64,000 bases of DNA, taken from NCBI GenBank assembly GCA_963717225.1, contig CAVQWB010000034.1, positions 65,407 to 129,406 of the forward strand. Direction: 5' to 3'. Position numbers and translations under genes: made by a program. The notes below the pieces were generated by a model that was not told the origin of the DNA, searched no databases, and saw nothing but the letters and a program-made list of their open reading frames with translations. The stretch comes from an uncultured Acidobacteriaceae bacterium (GTDB lineage Bacteria > Acidobacteriota > Terriglobia > Terriglobales > Acidobacteriaceae). Below, one piece after another: positions 39,300 through 49,149 of the stretch (position 1 is the stretch's first letter; every line of letters begins with the position of its first letter).

Positions 39300-39765
39300 A
39301 CTGAGTTTGGTTTTGTATCAGGGCACGACTTTAGTCGGGCCATAAAGGGTTGAAAGAGAATTGGGCTTTAGCCCATCGTTTTGTTTCTTCTATGTACGGG
39401 CTGAAGCGTGTGCTCTTCAAAAGGGAAGACGTAGCCCAGGGAGCCCAGGGGCTAAAGCCCTCATCAGACCCAACCATTGCGGCACGGCTGAAGCCGTGCC
39501 CTGATACAAAGCATGAGCGCAGTGACTTGGAATTGGTTCTCACGCACACTCTTTAGCCCCTGTTATGGCAGTACCCATGCCGCTACACTTACTGGCAAAG
39601 AAAAAACGCAGGGGCTAAAGCCCGGATCTTTGTCGGGCATCATCGGCCCGACTGAAGTCGGGCCCTGATACAAAGCACCTGCGTGGTGACTCCCGAAAAA
39701 TTCGCGCATTCCGCAGATTTCGACCTATCCATCCTCTTTGAAATGTAAATACTCCACAACTGTGT
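39300..39765. repeat. cluster of family A/E REP-like units in both orientations
   Basis: TTTTGTATCAGGGCACGACTTTAGTCGGGCC is at 39311 (+). GCACGGCTGAAGCCGTGCCCTGATACAAAGCA is at 39480 (-). GGCCCGACTGAAGTCGGGCCCTGATACAAAGCA...GCGCATTCCGCAGATTTCGACCTATCC...TGAAATGTAAA is at 39643-39760 (-). GGGCTTTAGCCC-type hairpins are also present. Confidence 0.85.
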
Positions 39766-39782
39766 CTGAGTACAATGGGGCA

Positions 39783-40577
39783 ATGCGTAAATGCCTGCTT
39801 GCACTCTTTCTGCTTTTTCTCGCCTGGTCTGGTCTGGTGCCGGCGGAAAAAGTGCAGGATCTGCCGGCACCCACGAACTACGTAAGTGACTTTGCAGGTG
39901 TGCTCTCCCCGGCGACCCAGACTTCTCTGAATGCGCTGTGTGCGCAGGTGGACCGTCCGGCCCACGCTCAGATTGCGGTGGTCACCATCAAATCGCTCGA
40001 CGGCGAACCTATAGAGAATTTCGCCACCGCGCTCGAAGACAAGTGGAAGGTGGGGAAGAAGGGCACCGACCGTGGCCTGCTGTTGATATTTGCACCCAAT
40101 GATCGCAAGTACCGCATCGAGGTGGGCTACGGCCTTGAGGGTATTTTGCCCGATGGCAGGGTCGGCGATATCGGCAGGCAAATGGTGCCATATCTGCAGC
40201 AGAATAACTATGACGCTGCGGTGACCCTGGCTGTCCGCCAGATCGCCGGCGTGATTGCGGCGGATGCTGGAGTAACTCTGACCAATGGAGTTCGGCCTGG
40301 CTATGCTCCGCCGCCCCAGGCGAGGCCGCTTACGCTCGGTGAGGTCGTGGTGCTGGGCATCATCCTTCTGCTGGTGATCTTTTTCCTGGCGCGCTTCGGC
40401 GGGTCCGGTCTGCTTGGCTTCCTCATTGGAATGTTCATGGGGGGTGGCGGAGGAGGCGGCTGGGGCGGACGTGGAGGCGGAGGCGGTTGGGGCGGCGGCG
40501 GTGGAGGAGATGGCGGCGGCTTCGGCGGATTTGGGGGCGGTAGTTCCGGTGGCGGTGGGGCCTCAGGCAGTTGGTAG
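39783..40577 (+). CDS. TPM-domain (YgcG-like) membrane protein with Gly-rich tail
   Basis: Signal peptide, then VSDFAGVLSP...IAVVTIKSLDGEPIENFA...GLLLIFAPNDRKYRIEVGYGLEGILPD. A TM segment and a GGGGGGWGGRGGGGGWGGGGGG tail follow. Confidence 0.82.
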   Translation: MRKCLLALFLLFLAWSGLVPAEKVQDLPAPTNYVSDFAGVLSPATQTSLNALCAQVDRPAHAQIAVVTIKSLDGEPIENFATALEDKWKVGKKGTDRGLLLIFAPNDRKYRIEVGYGLEGILPDGRVGDIGRQMVPYLQQNNYDAAVTLAVRQIAGVIAADAGVTLTNGVRPGYAPPPQARPLTLGEVVVLGIILLLVIFFLARFGGSGLLGFLIGMFMGGGGGGGWGGRGGGGGWGGGGGGDGGGFGGFGGGSSGGGGASGSW

Positions 40578-40613
40578 GCTATTACAGCAAAGCAAGATAA
40601 GGAGAACTTTGGA

Positions 40614-41195
40614 ATGAGACGCGGGCTTTGGGTAGCAATCGCGGCGTTGGTGGTTGTGTTTCTGGCGGTGCTGCTGGTTTTCGGCAGCTATGTGAGCGCA
40701 AAAAATCAGATGGTGACCAAGCGGGAGGCAGTCACGGCCTCCTGGGGAGAGGTTAACAATCAGCTGCAGCGGCGTGCCGATCTAATCCCTAACCTGGTGG
40801 AGACGGTCAAAGGCTATGCCAAGCAGGAGACAACCGTATTCGGCGATATCGCCAATGCGCGAGCGGGTCTACTGAACGCGCATGGCGATCCTAAAGCCAC
40901 CATTCAGGCCAACGGCGCGCTCGATGGAGCCCTTGGGCGGTTGCTGGCGTTGACCGAGAATTATCCCGATCTAAAGTCGAATACAAACTTCCAGCGCCTT
41001 TCCGACGAACTGGCCGGCACTGAAAACCGGATCAGCGTCGCGAGAATGCGCTACAACCAGAACATCCAGGAGTACAACACGTTTATCGGGCAGTTTCCCA
41101 ACAGCATCTGGGCCGGGATGGGTGGGTTCCAACGGAACAACGACTATTTCCAGGCGAGTCCGGGCGCTCAGAACGTACCTAAGGTCAGCTTCTGA
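40614..41195 (+). CDS. lemA: LemA-family protein
   Basis: N-terminal TM segment, then NQLQRRADLIPNLVETVKGYAKQE...ENYPDLKSNTNFQRLSDELAGTENRISVARMRYN, the canonical LemA pattern. Confidence 0.88.
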   Translation: MRRGLWVAIAALVVVFLAVLLVFGSYVSAKNQMVTKREAVTASWGEVNNQLQRRADLIPNLVETVKGYAKQETTVFGDIANARAGLLNAHGDPKATIQANGALDGALGRLLALTENYPDLKSNTNFQRLSDELAGTENRISVARMRYNQNIQEYNTFIGQFPNSIWAGMGGFQRNNDYFQASPGAQNVPKVSF

Positions 41196-41214
41196 CCTTT
41201 CGTTTATGACCTTA

Positions 41215-41310
41215 GGTGCCGAGGGGACGTCGAAAACGGGCGTCAGAAACGAATGAGTCCCGCAGGGACGGCTGAATACCATCAGTTCAGCCGTCCCTGG
41301 CGGGACTCGA
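41215..41310. repeat. family B long hairpin between convergent genes
   Basis: AGTCCCGCAGGGACGGCTGAA (41256-) pairs with TTCAGCCGTCCCTGGCGGGACT (-41307). This is the same core as at 13263-13325 and may double as a bidirectional terminator. Confidence 0.7.
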
Positions 41311-41339
41311 CTCTTCTAAGAACTCATCTCGCCTTTCGC

Positions 41340-41690
41340 TTAGGCGCGAGCAAAGGAAGCCACTGCACTCGCCTCGTCGTCCTTGACGTCGAAAACGGTG
41401 TAGAGCTTCGTGATTTGCAGCAGGTCGTGGACCTTTTTGGTGAGATTGAGTAGCTTGAGGTCGCCGCCCTGGTTGCGGACGGTGGTAAACGCGCTGACCA
41501 ACTCGCCGATTCCCGAGCTGTCGATATAAGTCACGTCACCCAGGTTGAGAAGGATCTGCTTGGAGCCTTTGCTGAGAAGATCCCTCACGGCGTCGCGCAG
41601 TTGGACACTGCCTTCTCCCAGGGTAATGCGGCCGCTACAATCCATTATTGTGATCCCGTCCACCTGACGGGACTTAAGTTTCATGCTCAC
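41340..41690 (-). CDS. STAS-domain anti-sigma-factor antagonist (RsbV/SpoIIAA-like)
   Basis: 116 aa. [20 protein letters not shown] carries the conserved phosphorylatable Ser context (DSSG). Confidence 0.85.
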   Translation of the reverse strand: MSMKLKSRQVDGITIMDCSGRITLGEGSVQLRDAVRDLLSKGSKQILLNLGDVTYIDSSGIGELVSAFTTVRNQGGDLKLLNLTKKVHDLLQITKLYTVFDVKDDEASAVASFARA

Positions 41691-41702
41691 GAATACTCCT
41701 CC

Positions 41703-42233
41703 TTAGATAGCGGAACGGGCGGTTCCTAGATGTTTGATGAGGGTAAGTTCAGTGCCGGGCTGCAATTGTCGAAAGTGTACCTCATCCATGAACGACCGAA
41801 TCAGAAAGATACCCCGTCCTGACCCACGCAGCAAGTTCTCCGGCGCCAGGGGATCGGGCAGTGTTTCCGGGTTCAACCCTTTTCCCTGATCGGCGATGCG
41901 GATGACCAGGTCATTCGCTGTCTGTTCGAACGACGCAGTCATGCGCTTTTCAGGGTCGTAGGCGTTGCCGTGGAGCACTGCATTAACCGCGGCTTCGCGG
42001 ACCGCCATGGCGACGCGGTAGATCTCCTCTTCCTCCAGGCCAGCCTTTCTAGCCATCTCTTCCGCGGTTTGTTCCACGCGATTGACGCTGTCAAGCGAGG
42101 ACTCCAGTGTGTAGGTAACCTTGCTAGCCTGTGATCCGCCCAATTGCCTGACCTCGTGTGCCGCGCTGGGCCTACCGACGGAAGCCCCTTGTGCGCAAGT
42201 TTGCTTGGCCTGCGGCCACATGTCAAGGCACAA
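41703..42233 (-). CDS. anti-sigma regulatory factor, Ser/Thr protein kinase (RsbW/SpoIIAB-like HATPase_c)
   Basis: AVREAAVNAVLHGN (N-box), IADQGKGL (G1) and GSGRGIFLIRSFMDEV (G2). The gene is 12 nt upstream of the STAS gene. The start is uncertain (42233 or 42221). Confidence 0.8.
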   Translation of the reverse strand: MCLDMWPQAKQTCAQGASVGRPSAAHEVRQLGGSQASKVTYTLESSLDSVNRVEQTAEEMARKAGLEEEEIYRVAMAVREAAVNAVLHGNAYDPEKRMTASFEQTANDLVIRIADQGKGLNPETLPDPLAPENLLRGSGRGIFLIRSFMDEVHFRQLQPGTELTLIKHLGTARSAI

Positions 42234-42272
42234 TCAGAGCTTAGCAGCTTGAGCCGGGTAATAGGGTCGCCA

Positions 42273-43406
42273 TCATTGCTGCTTTATTTTGCTCAGGCGA
42301 GACATTTGGGAAGCCACGTCATCTTCCGCTTTCTGGTGCAGCGCACGCACTTTGGCAAACTCCCTCTGCGCCGCCGCCCCATCGTTTGTGCCTTGGTAGA
42401 CCCGCCCCAGCCAATAATGCGCATCGGGTTGGGTTGGGTCCAGTTCCACGGCACGCTGCAGGGCCGCGATTGCCTCGGGGTACCTCTTCTGCTCAGCGCG
42501 GATCGTGCCTATGTCGAGATAGGCGATGCGCATGTCAGGTCTCGACTGCACTGCCCTTTGCAGCAGGGGGAGTGCCTGCTCGCGATTGCCCCGCTTCAAT
42601 TCAATGTCGCCGAGGTACGCCAGGGCCTGCGCGTGGTTAGGGTCTATGGCTAATTCTTCCTCGAATTCGTCTTTCGCGCTATCGAATTGAAGCAGCTTCC
42701 AATGCAGGTAACCCAGGCCAAAATGCACCTCCGGCTCCTGCGGCGAAGCCCTTGCGGCAGCTTCAAATTCAGCGATGGCCTCGGGAGTCCGATCCAGACC
42801 GTCCAGCGCCTCTCCGGAGAGGATGTGCGCAGCAGCGGAATCTGGCTCCTTTCGCAAAATCTGTTGGTACTCGTCTAAAGCACAGGTATATTTCCTGGCG
42901 GAAAGACAACTCTGCGCCAGGGCCTGGTGCAACTCCACGTTTCCCGCGTCTGCCTTCACCGCCTCGGAGAGGTAGCGCGCTGCCTCGTTAAACCGCTGCG
43001 CCCCGTAGTAACTCATGCCCAAAAGGGTTTGCACCTGCAGGCTGTTGGGATTCGCATGTAATGCGGCCGTAAGCGGGGAGATCGCCGCCGCGAAATGGCC
43101 TTGCTTGAATTCGGCTAAGCCGAGATTGAGCTGAACGCCCCGTAGTCTTGGATTGAGCGCAAGTGCCCTGTGATAAGCGGGAACAGCTTGCTCATATTGT
43201 TCCTGCTCGGAAAGGACGAAGCCCAGACTGGCAAAGGCCTCGGCATCTTTTGGATTTGCCGTGACGATGGACCGCCAGGCCGCGGTCGCTTGCGCGAGCT
43301 TTCCCTCCTGCTCCAGAGCCACAGCATCGGAGGGACGCGGTATTTGGGCGCTCCCCATGTCTGCTCCGAGCAGCGCGAGAAGCGCCAAACTTAACTTCCA
43401 GTTCAT
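42273..43406 (-). CDS. secreted tetratricopeptide-repeat protein
   Basis: Signal peptide MNWKLSLALLALLGADMGSAQ, then about nine TPR-like 34-aa units (A..Y..AL.L.P...A...LG). Confidence 0.8.
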   Translation of the reverse strand: MNWKLSLALLALLGADMGSAQIPRPSDAVALEQEGKLAQATAAWRSIVTANPKDAEAFASLGFVLSEQEQYEQAVPAYHRALALNPRLRGVQLNLGLAEFKQGHFAAAISPLTAALHANPNSLQVQTLLGMSYYGAQRFNEAARYLSEAVKADAGNVELHQALAQSCLSARKYTCALDEYQQILRKEPDSAAAHILSGEALDGLDRTPEAIAEFEAAARASPQEPEVHFGLGYLHWKLLQFDSAKDEFEEELAIDPNHAQALAYLGDIELKRGNREQALPLLQRAVQSRPDMRIAYLDIGTIRAEQKRYPEAIAALQRAVELDPTQPDAHYWLGRVYQGTNDGAAAQREFAKVRALHQKAEDDVASQMSRLSKIKQQ

Positions 43407-43486
43407 CCTGACTTAAATCTTAGTCTGCCCCTTCGCTCCGCCCGTGGGGGGCGCGAACGAAGCGAAGGGGTTTCGCGCAGCTGGAT

Positions 43487-46400
43487 CTACCAGATGATTT
43501 TGGCGCCGAACTGGAAGACTCTGGGGTCAAAGGCCGAATTGGCTTTGCCGAAATCAGTGCCGTTTAACGAACTGCCAACACCAGCGCTGGCGCCGCCGCC
43601 AACGGTACTTGCACTGAACTGCGTGTGGTTCCAGGTGTTGTAACTCTCCGCCCGGAGCTCAATGTGGCTTTGCTCCACCAGAGGGAAACTCTTGAACAGT
43701 GCGATATTCCAGTTGTCGCGCCCTGGACCGCGCAAAGCGTTATGGCCGAGGTTGCCAAAGGTTGCTACCGACGACCCTTGGCTTACCGGAGCGATGGAAA
43801 ATGCACTGGGATCAAACCACTGCTTGGTATTGTTACCGCTCGACAGCGTCGTCTTTGACTTGGGATAGGAGATCTTCCCGGTCAGGTTTGGCCGCACCGC
43901 GCAATCGGGGACAAAACTGCAAACGGTAGACCCTGAAATTCCGAGATTGAGCGGCGGTCCCGATTCCATATTGACGATGCCTGAAGTTTGCCACCCTCCA
44001 AGGGTTGACTTCATGAAACGGTTTCCGTTGTTGCGGAAAAAAGGAATGTCGTAGATGAAATCCACAAAGGCAACATGGGTGCGGTCGAAGGCCGACGGCC
44101 CTCTATCATAGCTCCAGCCCGCGTATGGATTCGAGACTTGATCGAGGTCAAAGCCATCGCCTCCGGTACCGGTCGAGGGATCAATGGAGCGAGAGTAGGT
44201 GTAAGCGGCCTGGAGTTGGAGACCATTCCGCAGGTTGGAGTGAAGCTCGATTTGCAGGGAGTTATAGCTTCCGTTCCCCTCATCTTGATCCGTCAGAATG
44301 GCATGGTAGCCCAAATATGGAAGAAGAGTGTTGTATGAGCCCGAGCTGACGGCCAACGCCGGCAACTGGCTGATTGGGGGAAGGTTGGTATTGACCGCAT
44401 CGCTCTGGAAGCGCTGTACATTGCCTACATAAGCGACGGAAAGGACAGACCGGGCTGCCAATGCCCGTTGAACACCAAAGCTGTATTGGTAGCTCTCGGG
44501 CAGCTGATACCTGGAGGAGTTAAGTTGAGTAATCGTGGGCACCACGATGGGCAAAGGGGGAGCGCTGATCAGGCTGCCGTTCTGTACGTTTTGTTTAGGG
44601 TTCGACAGAGAGACGTTGTTGAGCGAAGCGGAGGAGCTGAAGGGGACGTTGGCGCCCGCCTGGTACATATCATTGCCCTGGATGCGCTCGTACATAATCC
44701 CAAATCCGCCGCGAACCACGGTCTGGCCGTTGCCGGTGAGATCGTACGCAAAGCCGAAACGCGGCCCGAAGGCAGCCCAGTGGTTTGAGACCAGTCCTTT
44801 GGAGACACCGGGGGTAACGCCGGGTATCCCGATGCCATTGAGGTAGAACTGGTAGCCCTGCAGGACCGGGTTAGGACTGGTGCCCAGGCCGGCGCTGCTA
44901 GGGGAGATCTGGCTGTTGCCCGGAAGGAAGCTAGGTGCTGCCGCCTGGCTGTATAGGTTGGGATAGAAATTTGACATTTGACCGTTGGCTTCATAGGTAT
45001 GGGGTATCCCATCCCATCTGAGGCCAAGGTTCAGTGTGAGCCGCTGTGTAACCCGCCAGTCATCCTGGACAAAGAGCGCATACGACTTGCTGTCCCAGTG
45101 ACGAGTATCCTTCAACGCAGCCTCAGAGTAGGACTGAGCATACCCGAGAAGAAAATCCGCGAAGTCATACCCGGTGAAGCTGCCGTTGAACCCAAAATTT
45201 CCCTGGGTGCTGACCTGCAACGGTTGCGCCTTTAGAAAGTACTGCCAGCTGCCGCCAATCTTGATCTGTTGCGATCCCTTCGTCCAGGCAATACTGTCGG
45301 AGATCCCATAAGAATCCGCTTTGTTGATCCAGGGATTCCAATTGTTGCTGAAGGTTGCGCCGGTCTGCTTGCTGAGCGCAATAATCGGGATAATATCCGT
45401 CTGCCCATTGAATATCCGGTCGGAGTTGAATCCCGAGGGAAGCGTGCTCAGCCCGATCGGGACCATGTTGATGCGGTTACCACCATAGGTGAACCGAGTC
45501 TCGTTGAGCATTCTCTGGCTGATCGCATAGGTAGTCCCGATCACTGCGCTATACGACGGGTTGCCGAACGTATCGCCAACCGTGGGCACGTTTGAACTGC
45601 TCCAACGGGTGGGAAGGTCGGTTTGGGACACCTGCTCTGAAATCCAGTGGCCAAAGATAGAGAACCTGTCGCTGAACGTGTGGTCGATGCGGACCAACTC
45701 TTCTCTCACATTGGTCGGCGCATTGGCCGGGCCTACGAAGCGCGCTCCGCTGTTGGGCGCGGGAAAGATGCCCGCCTTCAAAAGCGTTTGGGCATTGGGG
45801 TCGAGTAGCGAGCCGGGAATAGTGTTGTTATTGAACGCCACCGCCTTGGTGGAGTCCGGGGCGCCGTTGGTGCAGCCGCTCAGCGCTTGTCCTGCGCCGG
45901 CGAATTGCGCTTGAACGGTTGCGGAGACCTGGCACGCATAGGGGGCATGGATGCCGGTGGTCACAAGGCCTGAGCTCAGGGCTTGCGACAGGTCACCGCC
46001 ATAGGTGCCGGCGAACGGAACTCCTACGTTGAAGTTGTTGCCCTGAATCAGGCTGCGCCACTCCATGTTGTAAAAGAAAAAGGTCTTGGGATTGTCGGTG
46101 TGCTTGAAAATGACCGGGCCGCCGGCATTGAAACCCCAGGTATTGAAGCGCAATTTCGCAATTTTATTATGTGAACCGTTGGCGTTGTACTGGGGATTGA
46201 AGTAGCCGCGCGCGTCAAACGCATCATTTCGGCCAAACCACCATCCTGAGGCATGGAAACGCCGGGTGCCGGATTTGATGACCGAGTCGATGGTCGCCGC
46301 CGAAGAGAGTCCATATTCGGCGCTGTAGTTCGAAGTAAGCTGGCGGAATTCCGCAAGTGCGTCCTCCGACGGCATCACCACCGCGCTGCCGCCGCCGCCC

Positions 46401-47047
46401 CGATCGTAGATTTCACCGCCGTCCAGCTTCCACAGGTTGTGGCCCACGCGCATGCCGTTGAAACTGATGTTCGCGTCGCCGCCCATTGGGGTGGGAACCT
46501 GAAAATCCGCCTGCAAGCTCGATGCTCCCGGGGTCAGGTTAGCCAGCGAATAGAGACTCCGCCCGTTCGATTCAAGCTGGGTAATCTGTTTTCCGGTGAT
46601 GACGTCGCTGACTTCCCCGGATTCGGTTTGCAGCTTTACGTCGGGAATCGCGACCGTCACCGTCTCTTGTGTTTGCCCGACCTTCAGAGCGAAATCGAGC
46701 CTTAAGCGGTCGCCGACATTGAGCACAAGGCCATTTTTGTTCTCGACACTGAAGCCAGTCGCTTCGGCTCTGACGTTATAGAGGCCGATCGGAAGATCCG
46801 GCAGTACGTATTGGCCGGCATCGGTAGTGGTAGCGGTGCGTCCCAAGCCGGTGGAGACCGCGGTTGCCGTGATGGTCGCGTTGGGGATCATTGCACCCAC
46901 CGGGTCGGTAACGGTTCCGACAACGGTTGCCTGCTGCGCGGAAGCGGCCAATGGCGCCCCCAACGGCAATAGGCATAGGGCGATAAAGGTGAATATTTTG
47001 GCGTTTTTCCGGGAAAACTGCACACTTCTGGCCACCCAAGTCTCCAT
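43487..47047 (-). CDS. TonB-dependent receptor with CarboxypepD_reg N-domain (about 1190 aa)
   Basis: Sits in ORF 43487..47080 with the likely start at METWVAR (47047). It has ATVVGTVTDPVGAMIPNATITATAVSTG...LPDLPIGLYNV and a barrel ending FQFGAKIIW. Its architecture parallels the 3826-7344 receptor. Confidence 0.87.
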   Translation of the reverse strand: METWVARSVQFSRKNAKIFTFIALCLLPLGAPLAASAQQATVVGTVTDPVGAMIPNATITATAVSTGLGRTATTTDAGQYVLPDLPIGLYNVRAEATGFSVENKNGLVLNVGDRLRLDFALKVGQTQETVTVAIPDVKLQTESGEVSDVITGKQITQLESNGRSLYSLANLTPGASSLQADFQVPTPMGGDANISFNGMRVGHNLWKLDGGEIYDRGGGGSAVVMPSEDALAEFRQLTSNYSAEYGLSSAATIDSVIKSGTRRFHASGWWFGRNDAFDARGYFNPQYNANGSHNKIAKLRFNTWGFNAGGPVIFKHTDNPKTFFFYNMEWRSLIQGNNFNVGVPFAGTYGGDLSQALSSGLVTTGIHAPYACQVSATVQAQFAGAGQALSGCTNGAPDSTKAVAFNNNTIPGSLLDPNAQTLLKAGIFPAPNSGARFVGPANAPTNVREELVRIDHTFSDRFSIFGHWISEQVSQTDLPTRWSSSNVPTVGDTFGNPSYSAVIGTTYAISQRMLNETRFTYGGNRINMVPIGLSTLPSGFNSDRIFNGQTDIIPIIALSKQTGATFSNNWNPWINKADSYGISDSIAWTKGSQQIKIGGSWQYFLKAQPLQVSTQGNFGFNGSFTGYDFADFLLGYAQSYSEAALKDTRHWDSKSYALFVQDDWRVTQRLTLNLGLRWDGIPHTYEANGQMSNFYPNLYSQAAAPSFLPGNSQISPSSAGLGTSPNPVLQGYQFYLNGIGIPGVTPGVSKGLVSNHWAAFGPRFGFAYDLTGNGQTVVRGGFGIMYERIQGNDMYQAGANVPFSSSASLNNVSLSNPKQNVQNGSLISAPPLPIVVPTITQLNSSRYQLPESYQYSFGVQRALAARSVLSVAYVGNVQRFQSDAVNTNLPPISQLPALAVSSGSYNTLLPYLGYHAILTDQDEGNGSYNSLQIELHSNLRNGLQLQAAYTYSRSIDPSTGTGGDGFDLDQVSNPYAGWSYDRGPSAFDRTHVAFVDFIYDIPFFRNNGNRFMKSTLGGWQTSGIVNMESGPPLNLGISGSTVCSFVPDCAVRPNLTGKISYPKSKTTLSSGNNTKQWFDPSAFSIAPVSQGSSVATFGNLGHNALRGPGRDNWNIALFKSFPLVEQSHIELRAESYNTWNHTQFSASTVGGGASAGVGSSLNGTDFGKANSAFDPRVFQFGAKIIW

Positions 47048-47109
47048 AGGTCTACCTGCCTCTCTTTTGTCGATCGCCAACTGGTCCTGTCGTTTCGTTT
47101 GTGTTTCCG

Positions 47110-47125
47110 GTACCGTTAACGATGC
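47110..47125. promoter_or_regulatory. imperfect palindrome, candidate regulator (LacI-family?) operator upstream of the TBDR gene
   Basis: GTACCGTTAACGATGC has 6 of 8 positions symmetric around CGTT|AACG and lies 30-65 nt upstream of the receptor start. Its centre is TA rather than the CG usual for LacI-family sites. Confidence 0.2.
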
Positions 47126-47296
47126 AGTAGGCTTTTACTCAGTGCGAAGTATAGTTGTCAAGGAAAAATAATTACGATGACCTGCTTAAGGTGCAGCATT
47201 CGCGGTAATGATGCTTGTTTACGGGGGGGTTGCGGAATTACAGGGGGGCAAAGGAACGTTGAATTGAACGGCAGGCAAAGTAATTGCTTAAGGACT

Positions 47297-48397
47297 TTAG
47301 GAAACAGCCAGTGCCTTGAGAGCAGAATCGTCGAATTTTGCATCCGCGAATCTCATTTCACGGAAGAGATTCAAATTGGAAGACATGACTACTCCCGGAC
47401 TCAGCCGAACATTCGGAGGCAGGGGGGTTCGGCTGACCAGGTGATCGGCCATGAGGCGCACCGCAATTTGCCCCTGACGATGCGGCTGTTGGTAGATGGA
47501 AGCAGTAATCGTGCCTTTTTGGAAATAGGGCGCCATTTCGGGGAAGAGATCCGTGGTGATCAGCTTTACCTTTCCAGCCATGCCATGCGCTCCCAGTGCC
47601 CGGCAGACGGGCAGACAGTTCACGGTGTTGACATACAGCCCAGCGAGCGAAGGCACACGGCGAAGCAGATCGAATGTTTTCTGAAAGCTTTCATCCTCAT
47701 CCTCATGCCCTTCCAGTACCTTGACGATCTTCCCCCCGGCGCAATGTTGCGGAAACGCCTCCGAGAAACCGTCCGTCTTCCGGAAATGGTCTTCAGTGTT
47801 CAACATGCCGGCCACGACCGCGACTTTAGAGCCTGGCGGAACAAACTTGCCCATCAACTCACCCGCGAGACAGCCGTTCAGTCTGGGCTCGACGTAGACA
47901 ACACTTGAGCGCCGGCTCTCAGGAGCATCGGTCGAGACGCAAACTACGCGAATGCCCCTCTCTTCCGCCTTATCCACGAGCGGTTGAAGCCCCTTTGGAT
48001 TGCCGGCTGTCAAGACGATCCCTTTGACTCCGCTTTTGAGGAGTTCTTGAAACGCCTCGGTGTCGTGTTCTCCCAGTACTCGTACCGGGCGATTCACAAA
48101 GTGGACACCCAGGTGCGAAACCCGCTTGGCTTCGTCCAGGACTCCGCTCCAAAGCTGGTCATAAAAGAAATGGATCTCGCGGGGTATGCAAACTCCGATG
48201 GAAACATTTTCCCGGGTTCCCGACAAAGCGCGCGCAGCAAGATTCGGCGTATAACCCGTCTGCCGTGCAACCTGCAGAATGCGGTGACGCGTAGCGTCCT
48301 TGATTCCGCCGCGTCCGTGCAGTGCCCGATCCACCGTCCCGATAGAGACGCCGGCAAGCTCCGCAATCAAGCGAATTCCACGCCTCTCTTTTTTCAT
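47297..48397 (-). CDS. LacI-family transcriptional regulator
   Basis: N-terminal HTH IRLIAELAGVSIGTVDRALHGRGGIKDATRHRILQVARQTGYTPNLAARAL, followed by a periplasmic-binding-protein-like sugar-binding fold. Confidence 0.88.
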   Translation of the reverse strand: MKKERRGIRLIAELAGVSIGTVDRALHGRGGIKDATRHRILQVARQTGYTPNLAARALSGTRENVSIGVCIPREIHFFYDQLWSGVLDEAKRVSHLGVHFVNRPVRVLGEHDTEAFQELLKSGVKGIVLTAGNPKGLQPLVDKAEERGIRVVCVSTDAPESRRSSVVYVEPRLNGCLAGELMGKFVPPGSKVAVVAGMLNTEDHFRKTDGFSEAFPQHCAGGKIVKVLEGHEDEDESFQKTFDLLRRVPSLAGLYVNTVNCLPVCRALGAHGMAGKVKLITTDLFPEMAPYFQKGTITASIYQQPHRQGQIAVRLMADHLVSRTPLPPNVRLSPGVVMSSNLNLFREMRFADAKFDDSALKALAVS

Positions 48398-48716
48398 CCA
48401 CGGATCCTCGGTGGTAGCCCTCGGTGGTAATGAAGTTGAATCCTGGCGATGTCGGTAGATGCCGGCTCCGAATCAAGCCAACCTTGTCCTGCCAACCTTG
48501 TCCTGATTGAACAGATTGTCCCAGTGGGTGTATCGATTTTTATTTTATATGTCGCAGCCTGCCGGCAACCAGAACACGGCAAATCCCACACGTGTACGGT
48601 AACGTTTCCCGTCAAACGAAAAAATGGCGGCGCTCCACTCGGTTGCAGAGATCGGCCGCTCGATAGTTTGATACGGAAGGGCTGGCCTCCCGGCCGCGCC
48701 CCAGTGGCTTTGGTGC

Positions 48717-49130
48717 TTAGATCAGCTCGTAGCCGGCGAAGAAGTAGCCGATTTCGAATGCCGCAGTGTTTTCAGCGTCGGAACCATGGATCGCATTCTC
48801 TTCGATGGAGCCGGCGAACTGCTTACGGATCGTGCCCGCTTCCGCATTGGCCGGATTGGTGGCGCCCATCAGCTTGCGCAGGTCGGCTATGGCGTTTTCC
48901 TTCTCCAGCACCATGGCTATGATCGAGCCCGAGGACATAAAACTGGTGAGCGAATCAAAGAAAGGCCGCTGCGCGTGTACCGCATAGAAGCCCTGGGCCT
49001 GCGCCTTGGACAGAAACATTTTCTTGATGGCGATGAGTTTGAAGCCCGCCTTCTCGATTTCTGCAAGAATCGCGGCCGCGTAGCCTTTGCGAATCGCGTC
49101 GGGCTTGATGATGCTGAACGTGCGTTGCAT
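48717..49130 (-). CDS. ndk: nucleoside-diphosphate kinase
   Basis: [12 protein letters not shown]...FKLIAIKKM...[11 protein letters not shown]...NAIHGSD (active-site His context), 137 aa. Confidence 0.93.
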   Translation of the reverse strand: MQRTFSIIKPDAIRKGYAAAILAEIEKAGFKLIAIKKMFLSKAQAQGFYAVHAQRPFFDSLTSFMSSGSIIAMVLEKENAIADLRKLMGATNPANAEAGTIRKQFAGSIEENAIHGSDAENTAAFEIGYFFAGYELI

Positions 49131-49149
49131 ATGGAATGTTCCTGGCTTC

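Noticed and set aside
48477-48504. 14-nt tandem repeat GCCAACCTTGTCCT x2 upstream of lacI
   Set aside because: It is real in the sequence, but it is short, has only two copies, and has no symmetry. There is not enough evidence to call it a regulatory site.
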